A stretch of 64,000 nt of DNA from Promethearchaeota archaeon (GTDB lineage Archaea; Asgardarchaeota; Lokiarchaeia; Sigyniarchaeales; SOKP01), in assembly GCA_016839555.1 (NCBI GenBank), contig JAEOUA010000009.1, positions 1 through 64,000 of the forward strand, read 5' to 3'. The position numbers were made by a program, and so were the translations under genes. Numbering within the stretch: position 1 is the first letter of the stretch; every line of letters begins with the position of its first letter. This document shows, piece after piece, positions 1-10,350 of this stretch. The notes under the pieces are model-generated. The model did not search any database and was not told the DNA's origin. It saw nothing but the letters and a program-made list of their open reading frames with translations.

Positions 1-1018
1 AGGTACCTATGAATTTGGAATGTCCTATCAAAATATCTTTATTTTATGGCAAGATTTAAAAATTGAAGAAGGATTAGATCAGAATGTTGAGAATACTACA
101 ATTGTAAATAATTGTAGCGCCTTTTCGATGATATCAAGTATAAATTTCACCTTTACTATCACTAGCAGGATGGTTAATGGATATAGAGAAGTTAATACCA
201 CCACGGAATATGATATAGGGAAATTGAATCAATTATGGGTTATTGATGATAATAAATCCACTGCTAATTCATTTGGAGGCGACAGCTTTGATGATCTTGG
301 AATAGATATAGGTTATTATAATACATCTAATGGGATATCAAATAGATTAACTGGAAATGAAGCCAATCCAGGTTTTGGACTCGCAGTAATTAATACAGCG
401 AATATTGCTGTAGTAAAAATGATCAGAATATTCTTTGGCTTGATTGAAATCCCTGACTTTGATAACTCTGGAATAAAAAATTTTACCGATCAAGATGGGA
501 ATCTTATCCTAGGAAATTCTAATGATGATATTACGCAAGCTAACTATAATGAAAGCGGAGAATTGGTCTATAAAATCGATTTCGCTTCGAAACCTAATTA
601 TACTTTAGATGGAACTCCCGGCTATATGGCACCTACCAGGGTTCTAGCAAATGATTTAGTTAAAACACATATTACGGATTTAATTGATTGGTTAGCTATC
701 TGGAATATTGCTCTCTTTATTGCCAGAGCAGCAGGGAACGACTTAACTGGTTTGTTGACAGCCCTAGCTGTTGTACCCCAATTCTTGGAAAATGAATTTT
801 ATTATTTAACATGCTTCCCAGAATGGAATGGAGGTGAGATTAATCAAGATCCGACATTTTTAGTCTTTGTTCCTCCAAGTATTCCTGAATTTCCACCAGA
901 TTTTGGTGGAGATGAAGGAGGAGGGTCTGGTGGTTGGTTATTGCCAGTTGTTTTTGGCGTTGGAATTTGTACCATTGCGGGAATAAGTGTTATTATATGG
1001 AAAAAGAGAAGGAAATAA
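1..1018 (+). CDS. Membrane-anchored cell-surface protein, probably 5'-truncated by the window edge
   Basis: Asn/Asp/Thr-rich body with N-x-S/T sequons, a Pro/Gly linker (PPSIPEFPPDFGGDEGGGSGG), a C-terminal TM helix and a KKRRK stop-transfer tail; the frame is open to the window start. Confidence 0.7.
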   Translation, partial: GTYEFGMSYQNIFILWQDLKIEEGLDQNVENTTIVNNCSAFSMISSINFTFTITSRMVNGYREVNTTTEYDIGKLNQLWVIDDNKSTANSFGGDSFDDLGIDIGYYNTSNGISNRLTGNEANPGFGLAVINTANIAVVKMIRIFFGLIEIPDFDNSGIKNFTDQDGNLILGNSNDDITQANYNESGELVYKIDFASKPNYTLDGTPGYMAPTRVLANDLVKTHITDLIDWLAIWNIALFIARAAGNDLTGLLTALAVVPQFLENEFYYLTCFPEWNGGEINQDPTFLVFVPPSIPEFPPDFGGDEGGGSGGWLLPVVFGVGICTIAGISVIIWKKRRK

Positions 1019-1030
1019 ATTAAATTCTTA

Positions 1031-1062
1031 ATTTTTTTTTATTTTTTTCTTATTTTATTTTT
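1031..1062 (+). terminator. Oligo-T tract, probable archaeal intrinsic terminator
   Basis: Long T runs directly after the stop at 1018. Confidence 0.45.
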
Positions 1063-1337
1063 ATAATTTTTATGGAAAATTTAGATAATCTAAAATAAAT
1101 TTTTTATTTTATTTTTTCCTTTAAATAAATTAATACCTTTTTCACAAGTTTTTAATGAATTTAGAAACAAATGAAGCTATTCATTAAGAATATAAAAGGT
1201 GTTTGATCCATCATCCTACGAATAGGGGATGAATAATTTTAAAATATACATATTTTCATACGGTCTATAATATTTTTAAAATGTAAAGCAAAGAATTATG
1301 TTTTAGAAAAATAAAATAAAATCACGAGTTAATAAAA

Positions 1338-2342
1338 ATGGATAAATCTCAATATAAAGGAGTTATGATTATAGGGGAGCATTTTAGAAATAAAATTCAT
1401 AGAGTTGTTTATGAATTATTAGGAAAAGGAAGAGAATTAGCAGATGAATTGGAAGTTAAATTATCTGTGGTACTTTTAGGGTCAGAATTAGATAAAAAAC
1501 TCGAAGAATTAGGGAATTATGGAGCTGATGAGGTAATTTATGTAAAATCTCCAATCCTAAAAGATTATTATTCTGATTTGTATACCAAAATTTTAACAGA
1601 ATTGATTCAAGATAAGAAACCAGAAATAGTTTTAATTGGAGCCACCCCTACAGGAAAGGATTTAGCCCCCCGAATTTCAAAGCGGCTAAATTTAGGATTA
1701 ACTGCGGATTGTACACAATTAGAAATTGAGGAAGAGACTCGATATTTGCTGCAAACTTGCCCCACCTATGGAGGAAATCTTATGGCGACCATGAAAGCAT
1801 TAAATAGCTATCCACAAATGAGCACAGTCGCATGTGGTATTTTTGAACTCCCTGAAAAGACAGATAAAAAGGCAAAAATTACGATTATCGAAAAAGAGTA
1901 CAAAGAAGAAGACTCCATTTCTAAAATTTTAAAAAAAATGGAGAAAGAAAAAAAAAGCATAAATTTGGCAGATGCAGAAATTGTAATTGCGGGAGGTAGA
2001 GGAGTGGGAAGCAAAGAAAACTTTAAAATTATCGAGGAACTTGCTGAGGTTCTTGGTGGAGAGGTTGCTGGTTCAAGAGTGCCAGTCGAATTGGGATGGA
2101 TGGGAAATGAACGTCAGATAGGACAAACAGGAACAATCATATCTCCTAAATTATATATTGCATGTGGAATTTCAGGCGCGATACAACATCTTGTGGGTAT
2201 GGAAAATTCGGATGTTATTGTCGCAATCAATAAAGACCCAAATGCGCCTATATTTGAGGTTGCTCATTATGGAATTGTGGGGGATCTTCATAAAATCATT
2301 CCTGAACTTATAAAAGAAATTAAAAAAAGAAAAATAGAATAA
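1338..2342 (+). CDS. etfA: Electron transfer flavoprotein alpha subunit (FixB family)
   Basis: GLTADCT, AGGRGVG, QIGQTG, YIACGISGAIQHLVGM and AINKDPNAPIF motifs. Confidence 0.95.
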   Translation: MDKSQYKGVMIIGEHFRNKIHRVVYELLGKGRELADELEVKLSVVLLGSELDKKLEELGNYGADEVIYVKSPILKDYYSDLYTKILTELIQDKKPEIVLIGATPTGKDLAPRISKRLNLGLTADCTQLEIEEETRYLLQTCPTYGGNLMATMKALNSYPQMSTVACGIFELPEKTDKKAKITIIEKEYKEEDSISKILKKMEKEKKSINLADAEIVIAGGRGVGSKENFKIIEELAEVLGGEVAGSRVPVELGWMGNERQIGQTGTIISPKLYIACGISGAIQHLVGMENSDVIVAINKDPNAPIFEVAHYGIVGDLHKIIPELIKEIKKRKIE

Positions 2343-2382
2343 AAATATTATTTTTTGTTTATTTTAGTGTATTCTTTAATAG

Positions 2383-3183
2383 CTATACTTTATCTAAACG
2401 CCCGCCGTTGATACCTATTATTTCACCATTCATAAACCACGCACCATCAGAGCATAAGAAGAGTATAACTCTAGAAACATATTTTGGTTCCCCAATACCT
2501 AAAGGAATTCTCCCAGAATAGTATTTACGCCATTTTCCATCTTCTTTTGATAAGAGTTCGCCTAATATAGGCGTTTCTATTAGCGTCGGCATTATTGCAT
2601 GAACTCTAATATTATATCTAATTAATTCTAGTCCTGCAGTCTTTACCATCCCTAACATTCCTGCTTTAGCTGCAGAATAATTAATTTGACCAATATTTCC
2701 TTCAGCTGCCTGACTGGAAATAGTAATTACTCGCCGGTCTGGATAATCTGCGATCTTTTCCTTAGGATTTTCTTTGCATATATCAATCCAATGCTGAACG
2801 CAAGTCTGCAGGACGAAGAAAAATCCTCTAAGATGGGTATTAATAACATCGTTCCAACGTTCTTCTGATAATTTATGAATCATCCCATCCTTTAAGATAC
2901 CCGCGGAATGAATTAGAAAATCGATAGTTCCATATGTATCAAAAGCTTTTTGAACGCCATTTATCACAGAATCTTTTTCTCTCACATCTCCTTCAATAAA
3001 TAAAGCCTCTCCTTGAGCATTCTTTATTTCATTTTCTACTCTTTTTCCATTATCAGCGTCAAAATCGAAAAGCACTACTTTCGCGCCTTCCGCAGCAAAA
3101 TTTTTTGCTGTTTTTTCGCCTAATCCAGAAGCACCTCCAGTTATAAAGGCCACTTTATCTGTAAATCTTTCCATTTTTATCAA
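2383..3183 (-). CDS. SDR family oxidoreductase (FabG-like)
   Basis: TGGASGLG, HSAGI and catalytic YSAAK motifs. Confidence 0.9.
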   Translation of the reverse strand: MIKMERFTDKVAFITGGASGLGEKTAKNFAAEGAKVVLFDFDADNGKRVENEIKNAQGEALFIEGDVREKDSVINGVQKAFDTYGTIDFLIHSAGILKDGMIHKLSEERWNDVINTHLRGFFFVLQTCVQHWIDICKENPKEKIADYPDRRVITISSQAAEGNIGQINYSAAKAGMLGMVKTAGLELIRYNIRVHAIMPTLIETPILGELLSKEDGKWRKYYSGRIPLGIGEPKYVSRVILFLCSDGAWFMNGEIIGINGGRLDKV

Positions 3184-4045
3184 CCTTGTTTTGAATAATC
3201 TATATTTTTTTAAATTACTATAATTTTTATACTCTAATTAATTTTAATCAAAAAAAATTTTTAGATTACTTTCAGTCAGGATTTAAATAATACCTTTAGA
3301 GTTCACAGATTTAATTTTATTTATATTAGGTTAATTTAAATCTTATTAGGATATATAATTAAAAGAAATTTTAGAATAAAAAGTAAAAAAAAAGTAAAGG
3401 AATGTTTGGAATTTAATTATTAGCTTGTAAAAATTTATTAGTGGAGGAATAAATTGATTATGGCTAAAAACAAACATTCCAATACTTGAATAAAAAAATT
3501 TTTACTCTAGAATAATATGCATTTTGTTATTAATAAATTTATCGTCAATTTTATGAGAGCTTAATTTGATATTTTCGTTAAATAGTTTGCTATGATATAG
3601 TTATGAAAGTAATGCTATTTTATTTCTCACATACTTTCTATAAATAAAAATACGCAATAAAAGAGCGCATAAATTTGCTTTAAAATTAAAAAATATCTTG
3701 AATTACATTTGATGAAATTGATTTTTTTTTAAATGGATCAACCAAAAATAGATCTTATACCAAAATTTATTAAGAAGTAAATAACTCAAATAGATATTTT
3801 ATTAAAAATTTGATAAGAAAAAAATAAGTATAAGAATACTGATAAATTCTTTTTGATAAATTTTTAAAATTTTACATAAAAAAGTATAATTCTTAGTTAA
3901 GAAAAGATAATTATTATTAGAACCAATTCAAGTCTTAATGAATTCGATTTCAAATTATTAAAGAATTTTATAGAATTAATTACATTTTTGAATTAAAATA
4001 CTCCATATTAGAAAATTTTTATTTTCAAGGTTTTTTGATATTGTC

Positions 4046-4777
4046 TTATCTGCCCGGTTTATAATTGTCTGGAATTTGGGTCTTTTGTAAGTTTTTAGGT
4101 AAATTTCCTTTTTTAAATCTATAATTACAATATTTATTTCCTTCTGCTAATGTTTTTGATCGTATTAATCCTGAATGAGTATAATAAGATCTATAAAAAT
4201 CGTATATACAAATATAAGGTAAGATTTCTTCAGCATCTTGAGATTTTCCAAATTCTACAATAGGACATTGTAGGACTAAATATCCAAAATCAAAATCTTT
4301 TGTATTTACTTTTAGAGGCTTAAAAATAAAATTATTTGGATAAGCTTCTAATAATTTTTTTTGCTTATTAAATACATAGTAAAGAAAGTATTTTCTTATT
4401 AAAATTCTATGAATTATCCGCTTAAAATGCCCTTTTATACCTGAATATTCTTGTTTAGTAAAATTTTTTAATGCTTTTAAATAAATAGGAGCAAAATTTT
4501 CTATGTTCCACCCATTTGATTTAAGAACCTTCCATAATATTATTGCAGGAGAACTATAAGCGATATTCCTGCTAAATCTATTTTTATCGCCCCCAATATA
4601 GGGTATTTCTGGAATTTTGCTATAATAGGTTTTATAAAATTTTTTTATTAATTTATTAAGCTCTTTCTTATTAATTTTCTGAGCTAAATCTGCCTTGATT
4701 AATCGTAATAAATTAGAAAAATTATTTAAAATCTTTTCCTTATTTTCAAAATAATATTTATTAGATTTATCTATCAT
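4046..4777 (-). CDS. L-2-amino-thiazoline-4-carboxylate hydrolase-like family protein
   Basis: IPYIGG motif and C-terminal CP...IC..D...GLIRSKTLAEG..YCNYRF pattern. Confidence 0.75.
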   Translation of the reverse strand: MIDKSNKYYFENKEKILNNFSNLLRLIKADLAQKINKKELNKLIKKFYKTYYSKIPEIPYIGGDKNRFSRNIAYSSPAIILWKVLKSNGWNIENFAPIYLKALKNFTKQEYSGIKGHFKRIIHRILIRKYFLYYVFNKQKKLLEAYPNNFIFKPLKVNTKDFDFGYLVLQCPIVEFGKSQDAEEILPYICIYDFYRSYYTHSGLIRSKTLAEGNKYCNYRFKKGNLPKNLQKTQIPDNYKPGR

Positions 4778-5105
4778 TTTTAATCATATTTTAATTTTGT
4801 TAATTTAGATGTTTCTAAATAATTAAAAAAATTAATTTATAATAAAATTTATTGTGAAATTAAATCTAATTAGTGAAATACTTTTTACTAAATTTTATAA
4901 ATTTCCCTTTCTTTAGAATTTTTGAGCATAAATTTTATTTTATAAACAAAAATTTTAATTTTTCTTAAAATATCAAATCCTTTTATAATAGTAAAAATTT
5001 TTTGTTAATTTGAAAAAAGCATACTCAACTAAAAAATCTCTAAAAATATATAAGGTATCAGTTAAAAAAAAAAATTAAGTAAGAGAATTTAGAGGCATTA
5101 AAGTT

Positions 5106-5405
5106 CTATTCCTCTTCCTCTTCTTCCATTAATCCCTCTTTAGCTTTATCCCATATTTTATCAATAGCCTTATCAACAGCCTTTTCTCCGAGCTTTTGAA
5201 CAATTTTATCATCTGGTAACATCGGTTCTACTTGAACCCATACTTGAGCTTTTATTTCGTCTTTTATGGCTTCTGCTAATGATGCTCCTCCTTCCATCTT
5301 TGCCACCACACTATCAATAATTTCTGCTATTTTTGCTACCATTGCGGGATCTAAGCTTTTTACTGTACTTTTTGCTGTTTCTTTAACTTTGTCTAAAAAT
5401 CCCAT
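5106..5405 (-). CDS. Small helical hypothetical protein with poly-Glu tail
   Basis: 99-aa ORF with a GAGGG SD-like element upstream and protein-like composition. Confidence 0.7.
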   Translation of the reverse strand: MGFLDKVKETAKSTVKSLDPAMVAKIAEIIDSVVAKMEGGASLAEAIKDEIKAQVWVQVEPMLPDDKIVQKLGEKAVDKAIDKIWDKAKEGLMEEEEEE

Positions 5406-5684
5406 TTAAAATCCCTCTTATTAGATTTATATATTTCATAAATTTCTTTATATGAAGACTCAATTATCAAATCGTTGAGATTAAAATAATTGACAATTAT
5501 AAAATATTAGTTTATATATTCAAAACTTAGGATCTATAAGGAAAAATGACATTTCATTTATATTTTATAAATAAAATAATCCAATTTCAAAATAAAGATT
5601 CGCTAAAAAATAATTGAAATAAAGGACGATTTTATATTTTCAATAAAATTTTTAAATCTTATCAACTTGAATCATTTCGATTTT

Positions 5685-7571
5685 TTACTCGCTGAATTGA
5701 ATGGCATCATTTGGGCACACACTGATACATACCCCACAGCCCGTACATTGATTTTGAATTACGGATACTTTTTCATCTTTCACAGTTAAAGCGGGGCACC
5801 CAAAATTAGAAATACAAATCATACAGTTATTACATTTATCTGCATCAATTTCGACTGGGATAATTTTTTTATCTCTATGTATACGTTGATCAAGTAGGGC
5901 ACAAATATGGCGAGATATTATCACACAAGGACCTTTAGTATTAATAGCTTCTTTAATTGCTTCTGTTGATTCTTCTAAATCATTTGAGTCTATTATCCAC
6001 AGGTGATCCTCTTGAATCCCAGTTCCTTGGACAATTTGTTCCAAAGGGACTCTCGTACCAGGCTCACCCGTGATTTTCATACCTGTTCCAGGATGGGGCT
6101 GGAAGCCAGTCATCGCGGTTGCTGAATTATCTAAAATAATTACAATAATATCATTCTGATTATAGACCGCATCGATCAATCCTGGAATACCCGTATGGAA
6201 AAAAGTAGAATCTCCAATAAGAGCGAGCACAGGACCTTTATGTAATTTGGTAATTCCATTCGCAACTCCAATAGAAGCGCCCATACAAATACATGTATCA
6301 ATTGCTTCTAAAGGTTTATATGCAGCGAGCGTGTAGCATCCAATATCTCCAGCATATACCCATTTTCCACCTAATCTCTGTTCAATTAATTTAAGGGCAT
6401 AAAATGTGTTTCGATGAGAGCATCCTGGACATAAAACTGGTGGTCGAGGTGATGCTTTATGTAGATAACGAGTATCAACAGGTAAATCTATAAATGGATT
6501 TGGGATCTCCAAAAATCCTGTTAAACCATTTACAACCTTGTTTAAATTAAGTTCTCCGTTTCTAGGAAAATATTTCTTTCCTTCTATTTTTACATTAACA
6601 CCATGTTCAAATGCGAGTTTTTTTGTGAAATCTTCTAAAAACGGGTCTAATTCCTCAACAATAACAATTTTTTCTGTATTTTCGAATAATTCTAAGATTA
6701 AATTTTCGGGTTGAGGAAACACCATACCTAATTTTAAGCTTGAAATTTTATTAGCTAATTCGAGTTTTAATAATGCATCATTTACATAAGAGTAAGGAAT
6801 TCCAGAGGAAATTACACCTATTTTTGCTCCATCATTTATACTTAATTTAGTATATGGAAATTTATCCGAAAATTGGCGCAATATTTCATATCTTTCTAAT
6901 TGTTTTACTCTTTGAACCCTTGCATTAGAAGGTAAAAAAGTCCATCGGGCCCTATCTTTATCAAAATTATATTCTCTCTCTTCAACTCTTTTAATTTCTC
7001 CTAAAGTGAGATCTCCTCTCGCATGATTTAAACGTGTCGTGGTTCGCATCATCACAAGTGATTCAAATTCTTCTGAGAAATCGAAGGCATATTTTACAAT
7101 ATCTTTCGCTTCTTGAACGTTGATTGCTTCAAATATGGGACAAAGAGCATGCATACCATATATACGATTATCTTGTTCGTTTTGACTTGAATAACAATTA
7201 GGATCGTCAGCAGAAAGCAAAACGAATCCACCATTTGCTCCTGCGTAAGTAGCTGTCATAAAAGAATCCGCAGCCACATTTAAACCTACATGTTTCATAC
7301 AGGCGAATGCTCTTGCACCACACATTGATGCTCCCAAGGCGACTTGAAAACCTACTGCCTCATTTGTGCTCCATTCAATATCAAAAATAGGATAAAAATT
7401 ATGAATTTCTGCCAGCGTTTCCATAATTTCGGATGAAGGAGTACCAGGATAGCCAGCAGCAACTTGAACTCCTGCCTCAAAGATGCCTCTAGCCAATGCC
7501 TCATTGCCCAAAACTACTCCTTTACTATTTGCTTTATCTAAAACATAAAATGGTTTACCCATTTTTTCCAC
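5685..7571 (-). CDS. iorA: Indolepyruvate:ferredoxin oxidoreductase alpha subunit
   Basis: LGNEALARG, GYPGTPSSEI, MKHVGLNVAAD, SSQNEQDNR, RPPVLCPGC, GDIGCY, GDSTFFHTG and C-terminal 2x[4Fe-4S]. Confidence 0.95.
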   Translation of the reverse strand: MEKMGKPFYVLDKANSKGVVLGNEALARGIFEAGVQVAAGYPGTPSSEIMETLAEIHNFYPIFDIEWSTNEAVGFQVALGASMCGARAFACMKHVGLNVAADSFMTATYAGANGGFVLLSADDPNCYSSQNEQDNRIYGMHALCPIFEAINVQEAKDIVKYAFDFSEEFESLVMMRTTTRLNHARGDLTLGEIKRVEEREYNFDKDRARWTFLPSNARVQRVKQLERYEILRQFSDKFPYTKLSINDGAKIGVISSGIPYSYVNDALLKLELANKISSLKLGMVFPQPENLILELFENTEKIVIVEELDPFLEDFTKKLAFEHGVNVKIEGKKYFPRNGELNLNKVVNGLTGFLEIPNPFIDLPVDTRYLHKASPRPPVLCPGCSHRNTFYALKLIEQRLGGKWVYAGDIGCYTLAAYKPLEAIDTCICMGASIGVANGITKLHKGPVLALIGDSTFFHTGIPGLIDAVYNQNDIIVIILDNSATAMTGFQPHPGTGMKITGEPGTRVPLEQIVQGTGIQEDHLWIIDSNDLEESTEAIKEAINTKGPCVIISRHICALLDQRIHRDKKIIPVEIDADKCNNCMICISNFGCPALTVKDEKVSVIQNQCTGCGVCISVCPNDAIQFSE

Positions 7572-7625
7572 AACAAATCAGTTATTATTGCATTTTCTAT
7601 ATTTAATTATTAAAAAGGATTTATT

Positions 7626-8522
7626 TCAATATTTTTGTCGAAATTTTAGTCCTTCATTAAATCCTTTTTCAAAAGCCCTCATATTTGTATCTACAGCTTT
7701 TTTAGGAACAAACTTCTTTATAGTTTCTTTTAATACATTTTTACTAAGGGGAATTTTATTTATACCTGCTAAAGCCCCTATTAATACGACATTTGCAGAT
7801 AAGAGATTGCCTGATTTGATAGCAATTTTGTTTGCATCTAGTATTAACACATTATCAGAAATGGATTTAATATCCTCTTCAATTAATGAAATTTCGGGAT
7901 ATTCCCATTCATTATACGCTTCGATTGCATTAAAGGGGCAGACTTCATCTATAATACATTGATTACATCCTGTACAAGACTCCAATACTCTGGTATGTCC
8001 ATTTATTACTTTTCGGGTAGGGCCTTTCATTAAAGTAAAAGAATTTATATATTGAGACTGCAAAAATACTTGATTAGGAATGCAGTGAGCGATACAATTA
8101 CCGCACCCCACACATTTATTCATATCAATTTTTAAGGTTTGATATGTTAAAACAGAGGGAGGAATTACTGCATTTCTGGAAGCTATAATTAGTGTATCTT
8201 TATTAACATAATGGAGATTTCTTAATGCTTCAGAGATTTCAAATCCAATTAACACATCTAAGTCACCTTCAATCATAAAAGGATTCTCTAAATTTTTTCC
8301 AAACCTTAAATAAGAGGAGACAGATCCACCTCGTTGACTCATTCCATGCGTTTCTGCAGTTCTTACTTTAAAGCCTTCTTGTAATGCAGCCCATCCTAAA
8401 ATCATTGAAGCACGAATTACCCCCGTGCCTCCAATACCCACGCAAAGAGCATTATAATTATCCTTTTCTATTCCGTGGTTATCCTCTCTCATTTTTCCAT
8501 TGATTTTCAAATCTAAAGCCAT
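7626..8522 (-). CDS. iorB: Indolepyruvate oxidoreductase beta subunit with an inserted ferredoxin domain
   Basis: GIGGTG and ETHGMSQRGGSV motifs; internal CVGCGNC...C and CTGCNQC...CP. Confidence 0.9.
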   Translation of the reverse strand: MALDLKINGKMREDNHGIEKDNYNALCVGIGGTGVIRASMILGWAALQEGFKVRTAETHGMSQRGGSVSSYLRFGKNLENPFMIEGDLDVLIGFEISEALRNLHYVNKDTLIIASRNAVIPPSVLTYQTLKIDMNKCVGCGNCIAHCIPNQVFLQSQYINSFTLMKGPTRKVINGHTRVLESCTGCNQCIIDEVCPFNAIEAYNEWEYPEISLIEEDIKSISDNVLILDANKIAIKSGNLLSANVVLIGALAGINKIPLSKNVLKETIKKFVPKKAVDTNMRAFEKGFNEGLKFRQKY

Positions 8523-8751
8523 TGGTACTGATTACTATGGAAGATATTATAATTTTAGGGATTTATTCTATTACAAACAACTTTTTAATAATTAAATTAA
8601 ACTTAGTTTTTAATTTTAGTTACTTTTATTTTTAATCAGAAATCGGCTTAGTTAGTAATAGTTATCAAATTAATTGTTTGTATTAAAAAAAAAATATTTC
8701 GAAAAAAGTTATTCCTATAAAACTATTTCTAAAAAGAGAGTCATAAAAAGA

Positions 8752-9189
8752 TTATAATTGGTCTTCTTCTATTAAATTAAATTGATTCTCTTTAAGAACT
8801 CTCTGTCCTTTTACCAAATCATCAACTCGTATCACGATCAATGGAGTATTTTCAAACACTGTTAAATAGAGATATTCTATGTTTACTTTATTATCTCCAA
8901 GGATCTTTGCTACATTAAACAGTCCCATCGGTTTTTCATCAAATTTTACAGCAAGAACAGAACTTTTGGTAAATTCATAATTATTTTTTTCTAAAAACGC
9001 TATACACTCTGTTGGTTTATTTACTAATAAGAGTATTAATCCATAATCAGCAGTCTCAACTACAGAAATTGCTCTAATTATAATATCATTTTCGTATAAC
9101 TTTTTTATAAGTTCTGCCAACTTTCCCGGTTCATTTTCTAAAAATATAGAAAGCTCAGTTATTCCAACCAATTTATTCTCACCAATCAT
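8752..9189 (-). CDS. Tandem ACT-domain protein (Bt0572-like)
   Basis: ELSIFLENEPGKL...ETADYG...NIEYLY. Confidence 0.9.
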   Translation of the reverse strand: MIGENKLVGITELSIFLENEPGKLAELIKKLYENDIIIRAISVVETADYGLILLLVNKPTECIAFLEKNNYEFTKSSVLAVKFDEKPMGLFNVAKILGDNKVNIEYLYLTVFENTPLIVIRVDDLVKGQRVLKENQFNLIEEDQL

Positions 9190-9319
9190 AAATATTTATT
9201 TTATTTTTTATTATATATTTTTATATTCGCTCATATCCAATATATAAGAAGTATAATTTACATTTATTAATTTCCAATAAATTAAGAACTGTTAGAGCGA
9301 TTAAATAGAAAATATTTAT

Positions 9320-9742
9320 TTAAAACTTTTCTCTTTCCTCAAGTAAAAATCCTTCTTCTTTTAAGACTTGTTTCGCTTTTTTATTATCGTTTACCCTTAT
9401 TATTATCAGAGATTCATCTTTAACTAATGTACTATAGAGGAATTCAATATTGACGTTATTATTTCCTAAAATTCTTGAGATTTCTTGAAGACCTTGTGTA
9501 TGCCCCTTATCTGACATTACTTTAACCGCTAAAACTTTGGTTACGGAATAAATATATTCTTCTTTTTCCAATAATTCAATACACTTATCAGGTTTATCCA
9601 CTAACAATAAAATTAATCCATATTCATCATTTTCTGCAACTGTGATCGCTCTTATTTCGATTTCATTATCTAACAAAAATGAACAAAATTTTGCTAATTC
9701 TCCGGGTCTATTTTTCAAATAAACACTCAATTGTTTAAACAT
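9320..9742 (-). CDS. Tandem ACT-domain protein (Bt0572-like)
   Basis: QLSVYLKNRPGEL...NIEFLY. Confidence 0.9.
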   Translation of the reverse strand: MFKQLSVYLKNRPGELAKFCSFLLDNEIEIRAITVAENDEYGLILLLVDKPDKCIELLEKEEYIYSVTKVLAVKVMSDKGHTQGLQEISRILGNNNVNIEFLYSTLVKDESLIIIRVNDNKKAKQVLKEEGFLLEEREKF

Positions 9743-9920
9743 TAAAAGACAACACCTTTTTTAAAAGATAATTTTTATAAATATTATTTATTTGAAAAAA
9801 TTATATAGTTTTTTAAAATTAATACTAATTTATTAAGCTTAATCTATCAGAAGAGAAATTTTAAATTCATCTTAAAGTATTTTCCAGAATAAAAAAGAAA
9901 AGGATAAATTTGAAAAAAAA

Positions 9921-10337
9921 TCAGAAGTTTTGAGTTTCTATAACATTGGCATTATTTTTCTTAAGAATGGATGATGCTTTTTCAATATCATCAATTCGAA
10001 AAATAATAATAGCTTGTTCCCTCACTAAAGCACTATAGATATATTCAATATTAATGCCTTCATTTGCCAATATTTCTACAATCCTGTGAAGTCCACCTGG
10101 TTTATCGGGAATACTAACTGCTATGACATCTGTTTGAGATAATAAATATTCATTATCTCTCAAAATGTTAATACATTTATCAACGTTATCCACAATCATT
10201 CTTAAAATACCAAAATCTGCTGTCTCAGCAACAGTGAGCGCTCTTATATTTATTTGTTGATTCATAAGAATCTTAGTGAGTTTTTCAAGCTCGCCAGGTT
10301 CATTTTCCAAAAAGACTGAAATTTGAATAATTGAAAT
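9921..10337 (-). CDS. Tandem ACT-domain protein, probable ATT start at 10337
   Basis: The frame extends upstream of the TTG at 10310 as (I)SIIQISVFLENEPG, matching the paralogues; GGAGGT lies 7 nt before the ATT. Confidence 0.85.
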   Translation of the reverse strand: MSIIQISVFLENEPGELEKLTKILMNQQINIRALTVAETADFGILRMIVDNVDKCINILRDNEYLLSQTDVIAVSIPDKPGGLHRIVEILANEGINIEYIYSALVREQAIIIFRIDDIEKASSILKKNNANVIETQNF

Positions 10338-10344
10338 TTTAATA

Positions 10345-10350
10345 ACCTCC
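10345..10350 (-). promoter_or_regulatory. Shine-Dalgarno GGAGGT overlapping the paaK stop codon
   Basis: Minus strand reads TAGGAGGTTATTAAAATT. Confidence 0.7.

Noticed and set aside
3184-4045. Long intergenic region with GGAGG followed by a 9-codon ORF (3460-3489)
   Set aside because: Too short, with no recognisable homology or RNA structure; probably decayed sequence
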